Below, piece by piece: positions 1 through 11,383 of a stretch of DNA of 47,028 nucleotides (positions are counted from its first letter, which is position 1; each line of letters opens with the position of its first letter). A program made the translations under genes and the position numbers. The notes under the pieces are model-generated. The model did no database searches. It was not told where the DNA came from and worked only from the letters and a program-made list of their open reading frames with translations. The DNA comes from a virus (Duplodnaviria; Heunggongvirae; Uroviricota; Caudoviricetes): IMG/VR virus record IMGVR_UViG_2778261425_000003; one strand, written 5' to 3'.

Positions 1-443
1 TGAAATGTAAAACACTACCTCTGCTGGCGATGGTTGCCACCACTCTGTTTCTGAGCGCCTGCGATGACAGGAGTGATGACCTGAAAGCTATCAGTAAATT
101 TAAGGACCTCACGCCTCCGCGCTTCAGCGATGTGGTCAGTCGGCAGGATGATGTCAGCGAAGAATGGTCACAGGTTGGCTTTTCATCAGGTCTCACCCTG
201 CAGGTCTTACGTACCCGTGAGTCGCCCGATGGCTGCGAGGGCGGTAGTTACTACTACCTCGTGGATATGCAGGAAAAAACCATCCAGCCGCTGATGAATG
301 CGCTGTGTATTGCCGATAACATCAAACTGGAATACCAGGAGGTGACGGACCCGTATACCAAAGAAAAATACTTTGAGTACGCCCATGACGGCAAACTGAT
401 GGGGCAGCTACTGATACCCTCGAACCCTGACAATCAGGAATAA
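1..443 (+). CDS. YafY/YfjS-family prophage lipoprotein; start codon lies about 1 nt upstream of the window
   Basis: Frame is open from position 3 (KCKTLPLLAMVATTLFLSAC), lipobox LFLSAC, stop at 441-443; recalled similarity to CP4-type island lipoproteins. Confidence 0.6.
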   Translation, partial: KCKTLPLLAMVATTLFLSACDDRSDDLKAISKFKDLTPPRFSDVVSRQDDVSEEWSQVGFSSGLTLQVLRTRESPDGCEGGSYYYLVDMQEKTIQPLMNALCIADNIKLEYQEVTDPYTKEKYFEYAHDGKLMGQLLIPSNPDNQE

Positions 444-465
444 AACAACGACAAAGGAGACAAGA

Positions 466-933
466 ATGACAATACTTTCACTAAGTCGGTTTATGCTGGC
501 GGGTGTACTGCTCGCGAGCTTTAATGCCTCTGCTATCCCGGGGTTCTGGCAGCAGGGTTACGGTCAGGGCAATACGGAATACAGCGTGACCGAAGCCAGC
601 GGAAAGACGTTTACCATCAACTGCACAGGGAACCCGGACCAGAATGGTTTCTATCAGCATTCAGTCTTTCTTACCCTTGCCGATGACAAGATGGTCAGTT
701 CGCACGATGACGACACTACTATCACCGTAGTGATGGATCACCAGCAGTACATTATTCCGTCCAGCCTGGGCTGGCGTAACGGCGATAACGCCTGGTTTGA
801 CTTCATCAGCAATATCTCTGAGGCCGGGCAGTTCGACGTCTACGTCAATGACCACAAAGCAGGGACCTTCACTGCGGACCGGAAGAACACTGAGAAAGTT
901 CTGTCCACTCTCGGAGACTGCAGCAACGACTGA
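466..933 (+). CDS. hypothetical exported protein with N-terminal signal peptide, CP4-type island
   Basis: 155-aa ORF with hydrophobic N-terminus ([18 protein letters not shown]), ATG preceded by AAGGAGA. Confidence 0.55.
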   Translation: MTILSLSRFMLAGVLLASFNASAIPGFWQQGYGQGNTEYSVTEASGKTFTINCTGNPDQNGFYQHSVFLTLADDKMVSSHDDDTTITVVMDHQQYIIPSSLGWRNGDNAWFDFISNISEAGQFDVYVNDHKAGTFTADRKNTEKVLSTLGDCSND

Positions 934-1009
934 TAGTAGTATCTTCCCCAGCAAATCCACCCCGACAGCTAGCAGGCTGCCGGGGTTTTCTTTTATCAGG
1001 AGCCCGAAA

Positions 1010-1249
1010 ATGACCCAATCCGTGTTGCTGCCACCGGGGCCTTTCACCCGGAGACAAGCGCAAGCGGTCACTACCACGTACAGCAATATCACACTCGAAG
1101 ACGACCAGGGCAGTCACTTCCGTCTGGTGGTTCGTGATACTGAAGGCCGGATGGTCTGGCGGGCATGGAACTTTGAGCCGGATGCCGGTGAAGGTCTTAA
1201 CCGCTATATCCGCACCTCAGGCATCCGTACAGACACGGCCACCCGCTGA
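1010..1249 (+). CDS. DUF905-family small protein (YkfF-like)
   Basis: Internal ATG at 1010 with AGGA RBS; 79-aa product [20 protein letters not shown]... typical of CP4 islands. Confidence 0.6.
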   Translation: MTQSVLLPPGPFTRRQAQAVTTTYSNITLEDDQGSHFRLVVRDTEGRMVWRAWNFEPDAGEGLNRYIRTSGIRTDTATR

Positions 1250-1346
1250 TCGCGAAGCATTTACCCGCATTCACCTCCCCGAACACACTTTATATCCCCA
1301 TACGCCAGCCATCGCCGCTGGCGTTTTTATTGACGGAGACATACCC

Positions 1347-1805
1347 ATGACAACACAGACGCAGCACGACCTCGCACCCGCTAACCAACCCGAATTTGAA
1401 CTGACCGTCACGCCGGTCCCCGATGAACAGCGTATCGATTTCTGGCCACAGTACTTTGGCGCTATCCCGCAGTGGCTACTCCTGGAGCCGCATATCTTCG
1501 CCTGGATGGACCGCTTCTGTGAGGGCTACAGCGGTGGTATCTGGTCGTTCTACACCCTCAGCAATGGCGGCGCATTTATGTCCCCCGAGCCTGACAACGA
1601 TGAGACATGGCGTCTGTTTAACTGCCTGAACGGTAACGATGCCCAAATGAGTGCAGAAGCAGCAGGTATTGCTGTCTGCCTGATTGCGTATAGCCACCAT
1701 GCCTGCCGTACAGAATGTGACGCGATGACCGCACACTATTACCGCCTGCGGGAGTATGCCATGCAACATCCAGAGGCTCACGCCATTCTGCGTATTATCG
1801 ACTGA
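1347..1805 (+). CDS. antirestriction protein, KlcA/ArdB family (YafX/YfjX-like)
   Basis: ATG at 1347 with GGAGA RBS; 152 aa; recalled family of CP4 island antirestriction proteins. Confidence 0.7.
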   Translation: MTTQTQHDLAPANQPEFELTVTPVPDEQRIDFWPQYFGAIPQWLLLEPHIFAWMDRFCEGYSGGIWSFYTLSNGGAFMSPEPDNDETWRLFNCLNGNDAQMSAEAAGIAVCLIAYSHHACRTECDAMTAHYYRLREYAMQHPEAHAILRIID

Positions 1806-1820
1806 CCGAAGGAGCAACAG

Positions 1821-2297
1821 ATGAAACAGCTTTCCTTTTTACCCGGCGAGATGACGCCACAGGACCGGCGTCTCATTCAGCGGGCGCTCAGGGCTCTGGA
1901 CCGCCACCTGCATGAGCCCGGCGTAGCCTTCACCTCTACCCACGCCGTACGTGAATGGCTGCGACTGCATATGGCCGCGCTTGAGCGGGAAGAGTTCCGG
2001 GTGTTGTATCTGGACAACCAGAATCAGTTGATTGCCCATGAAACGCTCTTCACCGGCACGATTAACCGCACCGAGGTGCATCCCCGGGAGGTGGTCAAAC
2101 GTGCTCTGCACTTCAACGCGGCGGCGGTGATACTCGCGCATAACCATCCTTCCGGCGAGACGACACCTAGCCAGGCCGACAAAACCCTCACGCAGCGACT
2201 GGTTCAGGTGCTTCAGCTGGTGGATATCCGTGTCCCTGACCATCTGATTGTCGGTGGCAGGCAAATCTATTCGTTCGCAGAACACGGTCTGCTTTGA
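1821..2297 (+). CDS. RadC-like JAB-domain protein (YkfG/YeeS family)
   Basis: 158-aa ORF with JAMM motif region HNHPSGETTPSQAD; RBS AAGGAG. Confidence 0.8.
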   Translation: MKQLSFLPGEMTPQDRRLIQRALRALDRHLHEPGVAFTSTHAVREWLRLHMAALEREEFRVLYLDNQNQLIAHETLFTGTINRTEVHPREVVKRALHFNAAAVILAHNHPSGETTPSQADKTLTQRLVQVLQLVDIRVPDHLIVGGRQIYSFAEHGLL

Positions 2298-2305
2298 GGT
2301 ATTAC

Positions 2306-2527
2306 ATGAAAATTATCAGTAAACGCAGGGCAATGACGATATACCGCCAGCATCCTGAGTCCCGAATCTTTCGCTACTGCACCGGCAAATACCAGTGGCA
2401 CGGTAGCGTCTGTCATTACACCGGCAGGGACGTTCCGGATATCGCCGGAGTCCTCGCGGTATACGCCGAACGCCGCCAGGACCGCAATGGGCCCTATACC
2501 TGCCTGATGAGCATCACCCTGAACTGA
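2306..2527 (+). CDS. DUF987-family protein (YeeT/YkfH-like)
   Basis: ATG 2306 six nt after GAGG; 73 aa MKIISKRRAMTIYRQHPES... Confidence 0.6.
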   Translation: MKIISKRRAMTIYRQHPESRIFRYCTGKYQWHGSVCHYTGRDVPDIAGVLAVYAERRQDRNGPYTCLMSITLN

Positions 2528-2545
2528 CAATAGTGGAGAACTGTA

Positions 2546-3225
<680 letters not shown>

Positions 3226-3290
3226 ACATTGCGTACAACCTTCCCGATTTACATTTCTGAACTTCCTCCCTTGTTTACCTATTGCGTAAT

Positions 3291-3326
3291 GCGCCTGCTA
3301 CTACCCGGCAGGCGCGTTATCTTTTT
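3291..3326 (+). terminator. rho-independent terminator downstream of the toxin gene
   Basis: Perfect 8-bp stem GCGCCTGC/GCAGGCGC, 9-nt loop, then GTTATCTTTTT. Confidence 0.6.
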
Positions 3327-3596
3327 ACGGACAAACAATCATGCAACCAGAAGTTGAAGTATTAACCGATCATAATGAGCTAATTTGTTCGAGCTTTATT
3401 GAACACATTGCCAACACATTAAATTTAGGAGTGGTGTACAACTAAACCTGCAGCCAAGGATGTATAGTGAGCGAAGCCCTATCAGGCCTTTTTGGTCAGT
3501 AGATAAGATTGATCTTCGTTGATAGAATTTACTTACACCAGCTGTTACATTAAGATAATTTTTTGGTGGGAGAATGATAAGATCTTACGTAACAAT

Positions 3597-3652
3597 TTGA
3601 TTTTAATGGTGCCGATAATAGGAGTCGAACCTACGACCTTCGCATTACGAAT
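3597..3652. repeat. attR: 56-bp direct repeat of the thrW 3' end (55/56 identical to 45575-45630)
   Basis: ttgatttTaatggtgccgataataggagtcgaacctacgaccttcgcattacgaat repeated at 45575-45630; covers the 3' 46 nt of the tRNA plus 10 nt of flank. Confidence 0.85.
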
Positions 3653-3872
3653 CATAAGAATCCGCTTCTAATTCAAAGTATTACCCCATCAACACTGCGC
3701 TCACACGTCCCACCACATCAAAACATGTAAAGCCTTGCAAGCCATTGTGAGGCCTTATGTGTCTCAGTTTTGTCCCACTACGACCTGCACAGAAAATAAG
3801 AAAATAGCGGTGATATCAAACAGTACAGAAGTCTTTTTTCTTTCAAATGGAGAAACTGATTAACCCGTTTAA

Positions 3873-4100
3873 TTGTACTCCTCATGGGTAATCAGCAGTC
3901 CTCAGAGTAATGGAATGGCAGAAAGATTCGTGAAAACGATGAAGGAAGACTACATCGCGTTCATGCCGAAACCGAATGTAAGAACGGCATTGCATAATCT
4001 TGCAGTGGCGATCGAACATTACAATGAAAACCATCCGCACAGTGCGTTGGGTTATCGCTCTCCGCGAGAATATCGACGTCAGCGGGTAACGTTAACTTAA
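3873..4100 (+). pseudogene. IS3-family (IS2-like) transposase C-terminal fragment
   Basis: 75-aa ORF ending ...[30 protein letters not shown]; only the last part of a transposase, no upstream catalytic region or inverted repeat. Confidence 0.6.
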
Positions 4101-4141
4101 GATACACCCCCTGTCTGGAAATAAGGGGGCAAGAACAATGA

Positions 4142-4885
4142 TCAGATTCCCTGGTGAGTAAGAATTTTACTTTCTGAACTCCTCTGAGAGTATTGACTTG
4201 GAGAAACACCAAAATAACGTCTAAATACATAAGTAAAGTATGAGACACTGGCATAACCACAGACCTTAGCTACTTTACTAATAGGATAACAACGAGTGCT
4301 GAGTAAATATTCAGCCATTTGCATCCTCTCATCAAGTATGATCTTACTGAATGATATCCCCTCTTCTTTCAATTTCCTCTTTAGTAAACTTTCGCTGAGA
4401 TATAATCTTGATGATATATCCTTAAGACGCCATGGTGCAGATAAATCCGTATGAATAATCGTTTTAACTTTAGCCCCTGTGCTTTTCAAACATCCAAACA
4501 GAAATACTCCAAATTGTTTTTCAGAAGAAAATGCAGAGAGACATGTAAAAGCAATAGACTCATCAAAAATTTCTATGTATTCAGCACAGTGATTAGCCCA
4601 ACTAATTAATCCTTTAATTAAACTGAAGTTAGCAAAGTTTATTTTTAAATAAGATGGATATTCCCTACAATCAGAAATATCCCTTAAGTTATTAGCTTTC
4701 AAATAGCGACTAATAAACTCAGCGCCAAAATCCGCCACTATCACTCTTTCAGGATATGTCAGGAAAAAATCTCTAGAGCTAGAGTCGACAAGTACAGATG
4801 AACCTCTCTCCAGAAACACACTTTCTTTTCCGAAATAAATATCAAAGGACTCCAAAATCAATATAACTGAACATGTAGTTGCCAT
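4142..4885 (-). CDS. AraC/XylS-family transcriptional regulator (YdeO/AppY/GadX-like), low-GC cargo gene
   Basis: C-terminal double HTH (..SESLLKRKLKEEGISFSKIILDERMQMAEYLL...CGYASVSYFTYVFRRYFGVSP); ATG 4885 with GGTGG RBS, in-frame ATG also at 4894. Confidence 0.75.
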   Translation of the reverse strand: MATTCSVILILESFDIYFGKESVFLERGSSVLVDSSSRDFFLTYPERVIVADFGAEFISRYLKANNLRDISDCREYPSYLKINFANFSLIKGLISWANHCAEYIEIFDESIAFTCLSAFSSEKQFGVFLFGCLKSTGAKVKTIIHTDLSAPWRLKDISSRLYLSESLLKRKLKEEGISFSKIILDERMQMAEYLLSTRCYPISKVAKVCGYASVSYFTYVFRRYFGVSPSQYSQRSSESKILTHQGI

Positions 4886-5469
4886 ATCATCCACCCAATT
4901 TAACTGAAACCAGGATGAAGTATATGCATATAAAGTTCACTTTGCCAAACTTCAGTATAAAAAACCACATAAAAAATAGGGTGTGATAAAAAATACCGTA
5001 ACAATAAAGCAAAGGATTATAAATTCCGTTACAGTTACAAATGATACTCAAGAAACAATTTCTTAGGAAAAACTTATTTACAGCCAATAAGTAAGACACT
5101 TATATGATATCAAGTTTTCATAAGGCATAACTAGGCTAAATAGCTGCGCCTAATACCGCTACACTTTTGCCAGCCCATGTTTGCCTCCGGGTATTGACCC
5201 CTTCTTTACGCAACTTCAGTTCCCACCACCAACTTTGCGGCAGCTTTGTAGGATCAATGTCTAAAAGAATAATGGTGACCGATAAGAAAACGACTGAATA
5301 ACTGCAGATTTTCGCTCAAAACCTTCCTGTCAGATCCATAGCGAATCAAGTGCTGAATGTCACAGTATCGAACAGAAAACAGTGACGATCTAACCCTTCA
5401 AGAATATTCTACGATTGTTCTGTTTAGGAAAAGCAAGGCGGGAAGTCGGGAGATAAGTCATTGATAAAG

Positions 5470-5535
5470 TGGCGGAGAGAGGGGGATTTGAACCCCCGGT
5501 AGAGTTGCCCCTACTCCGGTTTTCGAGACCGGTCC
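5470..5535 (-). other. truncated tRNA-Ser(CGA) 3' fragment (serU-like); att-site relic, not a functional tRNA
   Basis: Reverse complement reads GACCGGTCTCGAAAACCGG (anticodon arm, CGA), long variable arm, GGGGGTTCAAATCCCCC T-arm, CTCTCTCCGCCA; D-arm and 5' acceptor strand absent. Confidence 0.75.
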
Positions 5536-5615
5536 AATCATCAAACGAAACATAAAATTAATTCACATTATGAGGAAAAGTATCTTTTTTGTACTATGTA
5601 AATTCAAAGACTTAG

Positions 5616-6485
<870 letters not shown>

Positions 6486-6542
6486 GTCTTTAAGTGATAA
6501 GCATAAACCGCAGCACGATCTTGCATACGACGTGCTACGGTT

Positions 6543-7097
6543 TCATTTATCTCCGACCGGAAACTTCTTATACAGTGTCGATATACCAACATCATAGATG
6601 ATCGCCACCTTCTGGCGAGGAACGCCTGATGCAATTAATCGCCCGGCCTGCGCCCATTGTTCTGGTGTAAGTTTGGGACGACGTCCACCAATTCGTCCCT
6701 GTGCGCGAGCAGCCTCCAGTCCAGCTTTTGTTCGTTCAACAATCAGCTCTCGTTCCATTTCAGCCAGGGCCCCCATCACATGAAAGAAAAAACGCCCCAT
6801 CGGTGTGCTGGTATCAATTGAATCCGTCAGACTACGAAAGTTGATGCCTCGTTCGCGCAACTCCTCCACCAACACGACAAGATGCCGCATACTACGCCCC
6901 AGCCGATCCAGCTTCCAGACAACCAGAGTGTCACCTGCCGATAATGTCCTGAGCAGTTTTTTCAGTCCCGGCCTTTCGGACTTTGTGCCGCTTATCTTAT
7001 CTTCAAAAATCAGCTCGCATCCTGCACAGTTCAGCGCATTACGTTGTAGATCTGTGTTCTGGTCATTTGTTGACACACGTACATAGCCAATAAGCAT
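6543..7097 (-). CDS. pin: serine DNA invertase, Pin/Gin/Hin family
   Basis: 184 aa MLIGYVRVSTNDQNTDLQ...; catalytic Ser in YVRVSTNDQ, C-terminal HTH; GGGAG RBS before ATG 7097. Confidence 0.9.
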   Translation of the reverse strand: MLIGYVRVSTNDQNTDLQRNALNCAGCELIFEDKISGTKSERPGLKKLLRTLSAGDTLVVWKLDRLGRSMRHLVVLVEELRERGINFRSLTDSIDTSTPMGRFFFHVMGALAEMERELIVERTKAGLEAARAQGRIGGRRPKLTPEQWAQAGRLIASGVPRQKVAIIYDVGISTLYKKFPVGDK

Positions 7098-7123
7098 GGT
7101 AGATCTCCCTGACAAAAGCAGGA

Positions 7124-7516
7124 ATGATGCCATTTGCTCGTTATTTATGTATTTTTATAAACGTTGGTTTGGGAGAAGCGGCTAAAAGGAATGTAGGGAC
7201 AGGGGCGAATCAGATACCTGATATGGGTAGCTTCACGCTTTCTGTTTCAGGTACTGGATATCAAAAATTACCATCAGGTTTTATTCTTCAGTGGGGCTCA
7301 ATCGGCGCACCAGGCATTGCACAGGATGTAGTAACCCATTTCCCGATTGCATTTCCAAACAGATGTCTGCGTGTTTTGGTCTCACAAGACTACACACCAG
7401 ATAGCGGGGCTGTTGGTTATATTGCCTGTGCAGGTTTTAGTCCCGACCCGGTTAAATTTATATCCAGAGCCAGTACTCCTGGCCTCGGCGCTTCATTTTT
7501 AGCGTTAGGCTGTTAA
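7124..7516 (+). CDS. alternative tail-fibre C-terminal segment (Sv'), promoterless in this orientation
   Basis: Open frame running from the left crossover site; no own start context; would fuse to the constant N-terminus after inversion. Confidence 0.45.
   Translation: MMPFARYLCIFINVGLGEAAKRNVGTGANQIPDMGSFTLSVSGTGYQKLPSGFILQWGSIGAPGIAQDVVTHFPIAFPNRCLRVLVSQDYTPDSGAVGYIACAGFSPDPVKFISRASTPGLGASFLALGC
7153..7178. repeat. gix/pix-like invertase crossover site (left)
   Basis: Reverse complement TTCTCCCAAACCAACGTTTATAAAAA matches the inverted copy at 9029-9054 over 14 contiguous nt plus a partial right half. Confidence 0.7.
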
Positions 7517-7537
7517 TTTAGCTATATGGAGTGAAAA

Positions 7538-7978
7538 ATGAATTACATATATTCCGCGACTACAAACTCTTTCTATCCGCTGGAGATGAAAGAGGATTAC
7601 ACTCAAGCTGACTCATGGCCAGATGATGCTGTTGAAGTTGATGAGCAAGTGTATATTGAGTTTTCCGGATTACCGCCGAAAGGAAAAATCCGTATCGCTG
7701 GAGAAAATGGTTTTCCTGCATGGTCTGAAATTCCACCACCAACACATGAGGAACAGATTGCTGCAGCCGAACTGGAAAAGCAGCAACTGATTAATCAGGC
7801 CAACGATTATATGAACAGTAAACAATGGCCTGGTAAAGCGGCTATTGGTCGTCTGAAAGGTGAGGAACTGGCGCAATATAATTTGTGGCTGGATTATCTG
7901 GACGCACTGGAACTGGTTGATACCTCCAGTGCTCCAGATATTGAATGGCCTACGCCTCCGGCAGTTCAGGCCAGATGA
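7538..7978 (+). CDS. tail fibre assembly protein (U'-type), alternative orientation
   Basis: 146 aa MNYIYSATTNSFYPLEMKEDY...; conserved C-terminus DYLDALELVDTSSAPDIEWPTPP shared with the opposite-strand paralogue. Confidence 0.75.
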   Translation: MNYIYSATTNSFYPLEMKEDYTQADSWPDDAVEVDEQVYIEFSGLPPKGKIRIAGENGFPAWSEIPPPTHEEQIAAAELEKQQLINQANDYMNSKQWPGKAAIGRLKGEELAQYNLWLDYLDALELVDTSSAPDIEWPTPPAVQAR

Positions 7979-8552
7979 CATCCGGCGCGGTGCTGGTATC
8001 TGTTGCCGTCACCGCGTCAATGTAATCCAGCACGGCGTTAAGTCGGGTTGTTTCTGCCTGCGTCAACTTCCGTCCGGCCTGTAATTTCAGCTGAATCAGA
8101 CTAATGGAAACCATTGCTGCATCAATCAGTGACTGGCGCTGTGCTTCTGCCGCTTCTACTGCGGCGCTATGCTGTGCCTCAGTATCCGTCACCCATTTCT
8201 CACCATCCCATTTATCATATGGCGTTAACGGGGCGATAGTGGTTGTATTTTCAGGGTAATCACCCGGAGCTGTGATTTCTTTGGCGTCTCCCGTTTCGGT
8301 GTTATAGACGATTTCACCGCGATGGTCTGACACATATTCCCATGATTTTAAATCCACAGAACGGCAAATTGTATAACCAGCTTTATGTGTAACTGGTGCA
8401 TCTAAACAAGAACATGCTGGGATACCGACGCCAACCGCAAGATATTCAGTTGATGTGGAAATATATTCCCGCGTTTCACCATCATAGTTATAAACGGTAA
8501 TATCCCCTGCCTTTGTAGCAACAAGTCCACTATTTAATATTGCTTTATCCAT
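7950..8552 (-). CDS. tail fibre assembly protein (U-type), currently expressed orientation
   Basis: 200 aa; C-terminus LDYIDAVTATDTSTAPDVIWPELPEA; directly downstream of the tail-fibre gene. Confidence 0.75.
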   Translation of the reverse strand: MDKAILNSGLVATKAGDITVYNYDGETREYISTSTEYLAVGVGIPACSCLDAPVTHKAGYTICRSVDLKSWEYVSDHRGEIVYNTETGDAKEITAPGDYPENTTTIAPLTPYDKWDGEKWVTDTEAQHSAAVEAAEAQRQSLIDAAMVSISLIQLKLQAGRKLTQAETTRLNAVLDYIDAVTATDTSTAPDVIWPELPEA

Positions 8553-9331
8553 TATGCTGCTCTCACGATATAGTTAAATGCAATGTTTCTTGGTCTGTTC
8601 TCTGAGGCAGTTGGCACTACTCTTGAAGCATCAAAATTGACTAAATGAGGATTGTTTGGGGTATTTGGAATGATTGTGGTGTTACCTATCGTATTACGAA
8701 GTGCTGATTGACTTACAAAAACACCACTCGCTGTATTAAAGCTAATAGCCGCATTAGCTTCGGTTTGTCCATTACCAAATGTGCCGGTTATATTACGAAT
8801 AGCATCCCCCTGAGCAGACAGAATTTCGCGCCCCGCGTCAATACCGCGCCCGTCATCCCAACCACGAATAAACTCACCACGTAAATCAGGCAATTTATTT
8901 GTTGGATAAGCCTTTGCCAGTTCCGGGTATTCTTCAGCAGAAAAAACCGCACCATTGCATTTCAGCCAGCCTGTTGGCGGAGTGGCGGAAGGCCACGGAA
9001 CAGGGACACCAACAGGTAATGCAGAGCCTTCTCCCAAACCAAGGTTTTCGAGAGCCGTTTTCACCGTGCCGTCCGATTTGATATCACCAAACGGATTCTT
9101 GCGGCTTAACAGCAGCGCACGAAGCGCGGTAAGCAGCTGGTCGTGCCGCGCCTTCTCGAGACTGGCACCGGATGCCTCCACAACGCTGCAAAGCTCCTCC
9201 TGCAACATGTCAAAGTAGTCATCATCCAGATCGGTGGCAGGCGTGCCAGTCTGGGGGTTACCACGGGTAAAACCGTTCTTACCCGCGCCGAACTTATCCT
9301 TCTGCGCGGTTTTCGTGTCTATACGATGCAT
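8552..9331 (-). CDS. tail fibre protein (constant N-terminus plus variable C-terminus in the current orientation)
   Basis: 259 aa; crossover site falls at about codon 97; position after the baseplate genes. Confidence 0.7.
   Translation of the reverse strand: MHRIDTKTAQKDKFGAGKNGFTRGNPQTGTPATDLDDDYFDMLQEELCSVVEASGASLEKARHDQLLTALRALLLSRKNPFGDIKSDGTVKTALENLGLGEGSALPVGVPVPWPSATPPTGWLKCNGAVFSAEEYPELAKAYPTNKLPDLRGEFIRGWDDGRGIDAGREILSAQGDAIRNITGTFGNGQTEANAAISFNTASGVFVSQSALRNTIGNTTIIPNTPNNPHLVNFDASRVVPTASENRPRNIAFNYIVRAA
9029..9054. repeat. gix/pix-like invertase crossover site (right), inside the tail-fibre gene
   Basis: TTCTCCCAAACCAAGGTTTTCGAGAG in inverted orientation relative to 7153-7178. 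Confidence 0.7.
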
Positions 9332-9334
9332 GGA

Positions 9335-9919
9335 TTACTCCGGATATTTAAAAATTACGTAGGTATGCGACGGGCAGAGTTTGTTAAGCACGCACTCGAC
9401 AACGGTGTCCCCCCAGATACGCAGTGCGGAATCACAGGGATCGCCACATGTCATCCAGGTGGTGTTGGTGGCGGCTGGCATGTTGACCTGCCAGTAATAC
9501 CGCCATTCCGGCGCATTCACCGCGTCAGTACAGGCCGATGAGCAGGTGAACGTGATTTTGTCGTATCGCGTGATGGTAGCGTCTGGTCTGCCCAGGGCAG
9601 CAAGCTGTGCAAGGTAAAAATCCTCATTGATGCCGCCCGCTAGGTTAACCTTCGCATCCAGTCGTTGCTGACGCTGGCGAAGGGTCTGTGTCCCTGCGGG
9701 AATACATTCATCCGGCAGGCCGCACAGACGCTCCCAGCGATTTATCAGTTCGGTGGTGGTGCGCGGATCCAGCTCCCGCATCAGGGCATCCGCACGCTGA
9801 TGAACACGAGTTAATGACGGTGCCGCACCGGCAATCGCCGGATCGCTGGCTGACCACGCCGGACCGGGCGGCAGCAGTGCCGACAACAGACGGATGTAAT
9901 CATCGTTTGTCACGTCCAT
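9335..9919 (-). CDS. Mu gp48-like baseplate/tail protein
   Basis: 194 aa; position and size in a Mu-like baseplate gene series. Confidence 0.6.
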   Translation of the reverse strand: MDVTNDDYIRLLSALLPPGPAWSASDPAIAGAAPSLTRVHQRADALMRELDPRTTTELINRWERLCGLPDECIPAGTQTLRQRQQRLDAKVNLAGGINEDFYLAQLAALGRPDATITRYDKITFTCSSACTDAVNAPEWRYYWQVNMPAATNTTWMTCGDPCDSALRIWGDTVVECVLNKLCPSHTYVIFKYPE

Positions 9920-10968
9920 GAAATCGTCCCCAGAACCGCCAGTTCATTTTTTGCAATGGAGATATTGTCCGCCGGTGCAAGCAATTGATGGCTGTATTCC
10001 CCGTTCGCACCGGAAATCGCTTCACTGATACGCGACACCTTCAGTTCTCCCTGCGGATAACCATCACGCAGCAGGAACGAACGCAACTCAGCAGTGATGG
10101 CGGCTCGTATTTCCGGTGTGTCCGGCGTCACGCGGATATGAAAATCCACCGTATGCGCCACCGGCCTGAACACATACAAATCAGAGCCTGCCACCGGGGC
10201 CAGTGGCTCAATGTGTTGTCTTGCCGCCGTTTCCGTTGATTCTTCCGGAATGGGATTAATCAGGTCACTGCCGGCAATCATCACACCGACAGTCCCCGTT
10301 CCCATCCAGTGACGGTATGTCCATGCGCGGGTAATGCCGGGCACTTCTTTAGCCCAGACGACATAGTCCCCGTCAGCCCCGCCCTGCGGCGTCCAGTAAT
10401 ACCGCTCAATGACGCGGGCGCGCCACGTTTCCAGCTCTTCAGTATCAAATCCGCCTGTAAGGGTGTCAGCCACACCGGAAGACGGCAGACCATTCACCGG
10501 CGTGACCAGGATTAATGCCGTACCGTCGTCAGCGTTACCGACCGCACCTGCACTTGAGCAGGCGATCGGCACGCGCAGGACACCACCGGAGCTGGTTGCA
10601 TCGGCAGTTGCCGTGTACTGAACCAGGTCATCGCGCTGAATAACACTCCCGGCGGTCACCTTCAGGCCATCGCTGACACCTTCCCAGCGCATATACCCGC
10701 TGGCAGCCGTGGCCCCCTTGCGCGGACACCGTTTCATAGCAGCATGTCGCGCCAGCCAGGACTCATCGCACAGGTCAGGCAGCATGTTCATTGCCAGATA
10801 ATCGATGTAACCGTAAACCGTATGCAGCGCCGCCGCATACACCTTTGCCCGCACGTCTTCATCCATGCGCCGGAGCGTGTCGCTGACGTCCAGCCTGGCG
10901 AATAAATCGTTACGGAGCATACTGATATTTTCTGCCAGCGTCGGGCGTTGAAATTCACTGTCCGCCAT
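9910..10968 (-). CDS. baseplate J-like protein (Mu gp47-like)
   Basis: 352 aa; overlapping start/stop coupling with flanking baseplate genes. Confidence 0.7.
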   Translation of the reverse strand: MADSEFQRPTLAENISMLRNDLFARLDVSDTLRRMDEDVRAKVYAAALHTVYGYIDYLAMNMLPDLCDESWLARHAAMKRCPRKGATAASGYMRWEGVSDGLKVTAGSVIQRDDLVQYTATADATSSGGVLRVPIACSSAGAVGNADDGTALILVTPVNGLPSSGVADTLTGGFDTEELETWRARVIERYYWTPQGGADGDYVVWAKEVPGITRAWTYRHWMGTGTVGVMIAGSDLINPIPEESTETAARQHIEPLAPVAGSDLYVFRPVAHTVDFHIRVTPDTPEIRAAITAELRSFLLRDGYPQGELKVSRISEAISGANGEYSHQLLAPADNISIAKNELAVLGTISWT

Positions 10969-11383
10969 GCGTTATCGCACTCCACAGATCATCAAAAGAA
11001 ATCATTACCGGTCCGTCACGACGCCAGAGAGTGATACTGTTACCCAGTTCATTAATCCCGGTGCGGCGGATATCCAGATCAATACGGGACACCACGCCAT
11101 CATCAATCATCCATTGCAGGCATTCGCGGATATACCCCCTTACCGTCTGCACCAGCTGATTGGTCAGTTTGCTGCGCTGAAGCAGCCACAGTCGGGAGCC
11201 GTAACGGTCATTCTGTACCGCAGGCCAGGTATCCCCCCACCATCCCATCGGGACGTCGGCGTTGTCATCAGGCTCCGCCCGCCGCCAGGTAAACAGGGAA
11301 ATCACCACGGAGCGGGTCAGCGGATCCAGCGGTGCGCTGGCGCAGGTGCGTTTACCGTTCACCGTCAGCCACAGTTCCATCAT
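10955..11383 (-). CDS. Mu gp46-like baseplate protein
   Basis: 142 aa; conserved position. Confidence 0.6.
   Translation of the reverse strand: MMELWLTVNGKRTCASAPLDPLTRSVVISLFTWRRAEPDDNADVPMGWWGDTWPAVQNDRYGSRLWLLQRSKLTNQLVQTVRGYIRECLQWMIDDGVVSRIDLDIRRTGINELGNSITLWRRDGPVMISFDDLWSAITHGGQ

Larger units (their letters stand above)
7166..9041. other. invertible tail-fibre (G-like) segment controlled by Pin
   Basis: Flanked by inverted crossover sites; holds divergent tail-fibre C-terminus and assembly-gene pairs, with the invertase gene adjacent. Confidence 0.7.

Noticed and set aside
661-1092. Long antisense ORFs overlapping annotated genes (examples 661-1092, 1476-1817, 12116-12547, 13155-13961, 23533-24303, 45694-46083)
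   Set aside because: They lie entirely within well-supported genes on the opposite strand, lack RBS context and have biased composition typical of shadow frames in GC-rich coding sequence.
3873-4100. Intact IS element or active transposase
   Set aside because: Only about 70 C-terminal codons of a transposase are present; there is no upstream catalytic region and no terminal inverted repeats could be identified.
5470-5535. Possible functional tRNA-Ser gene
   Set aside because: Only the 3' 66 nt are present; the 5' acceptor strand and D-arm are missing, so it cannot fold into a complete tRNA.
7124-7516. Independent gene upstream of the U'-type assembly gene
   Set aside because: The frame runs straight out of the invertase crossover site with no start context; it is the silent alternative tail-fibre C-terminus, not a separately expressed gene.
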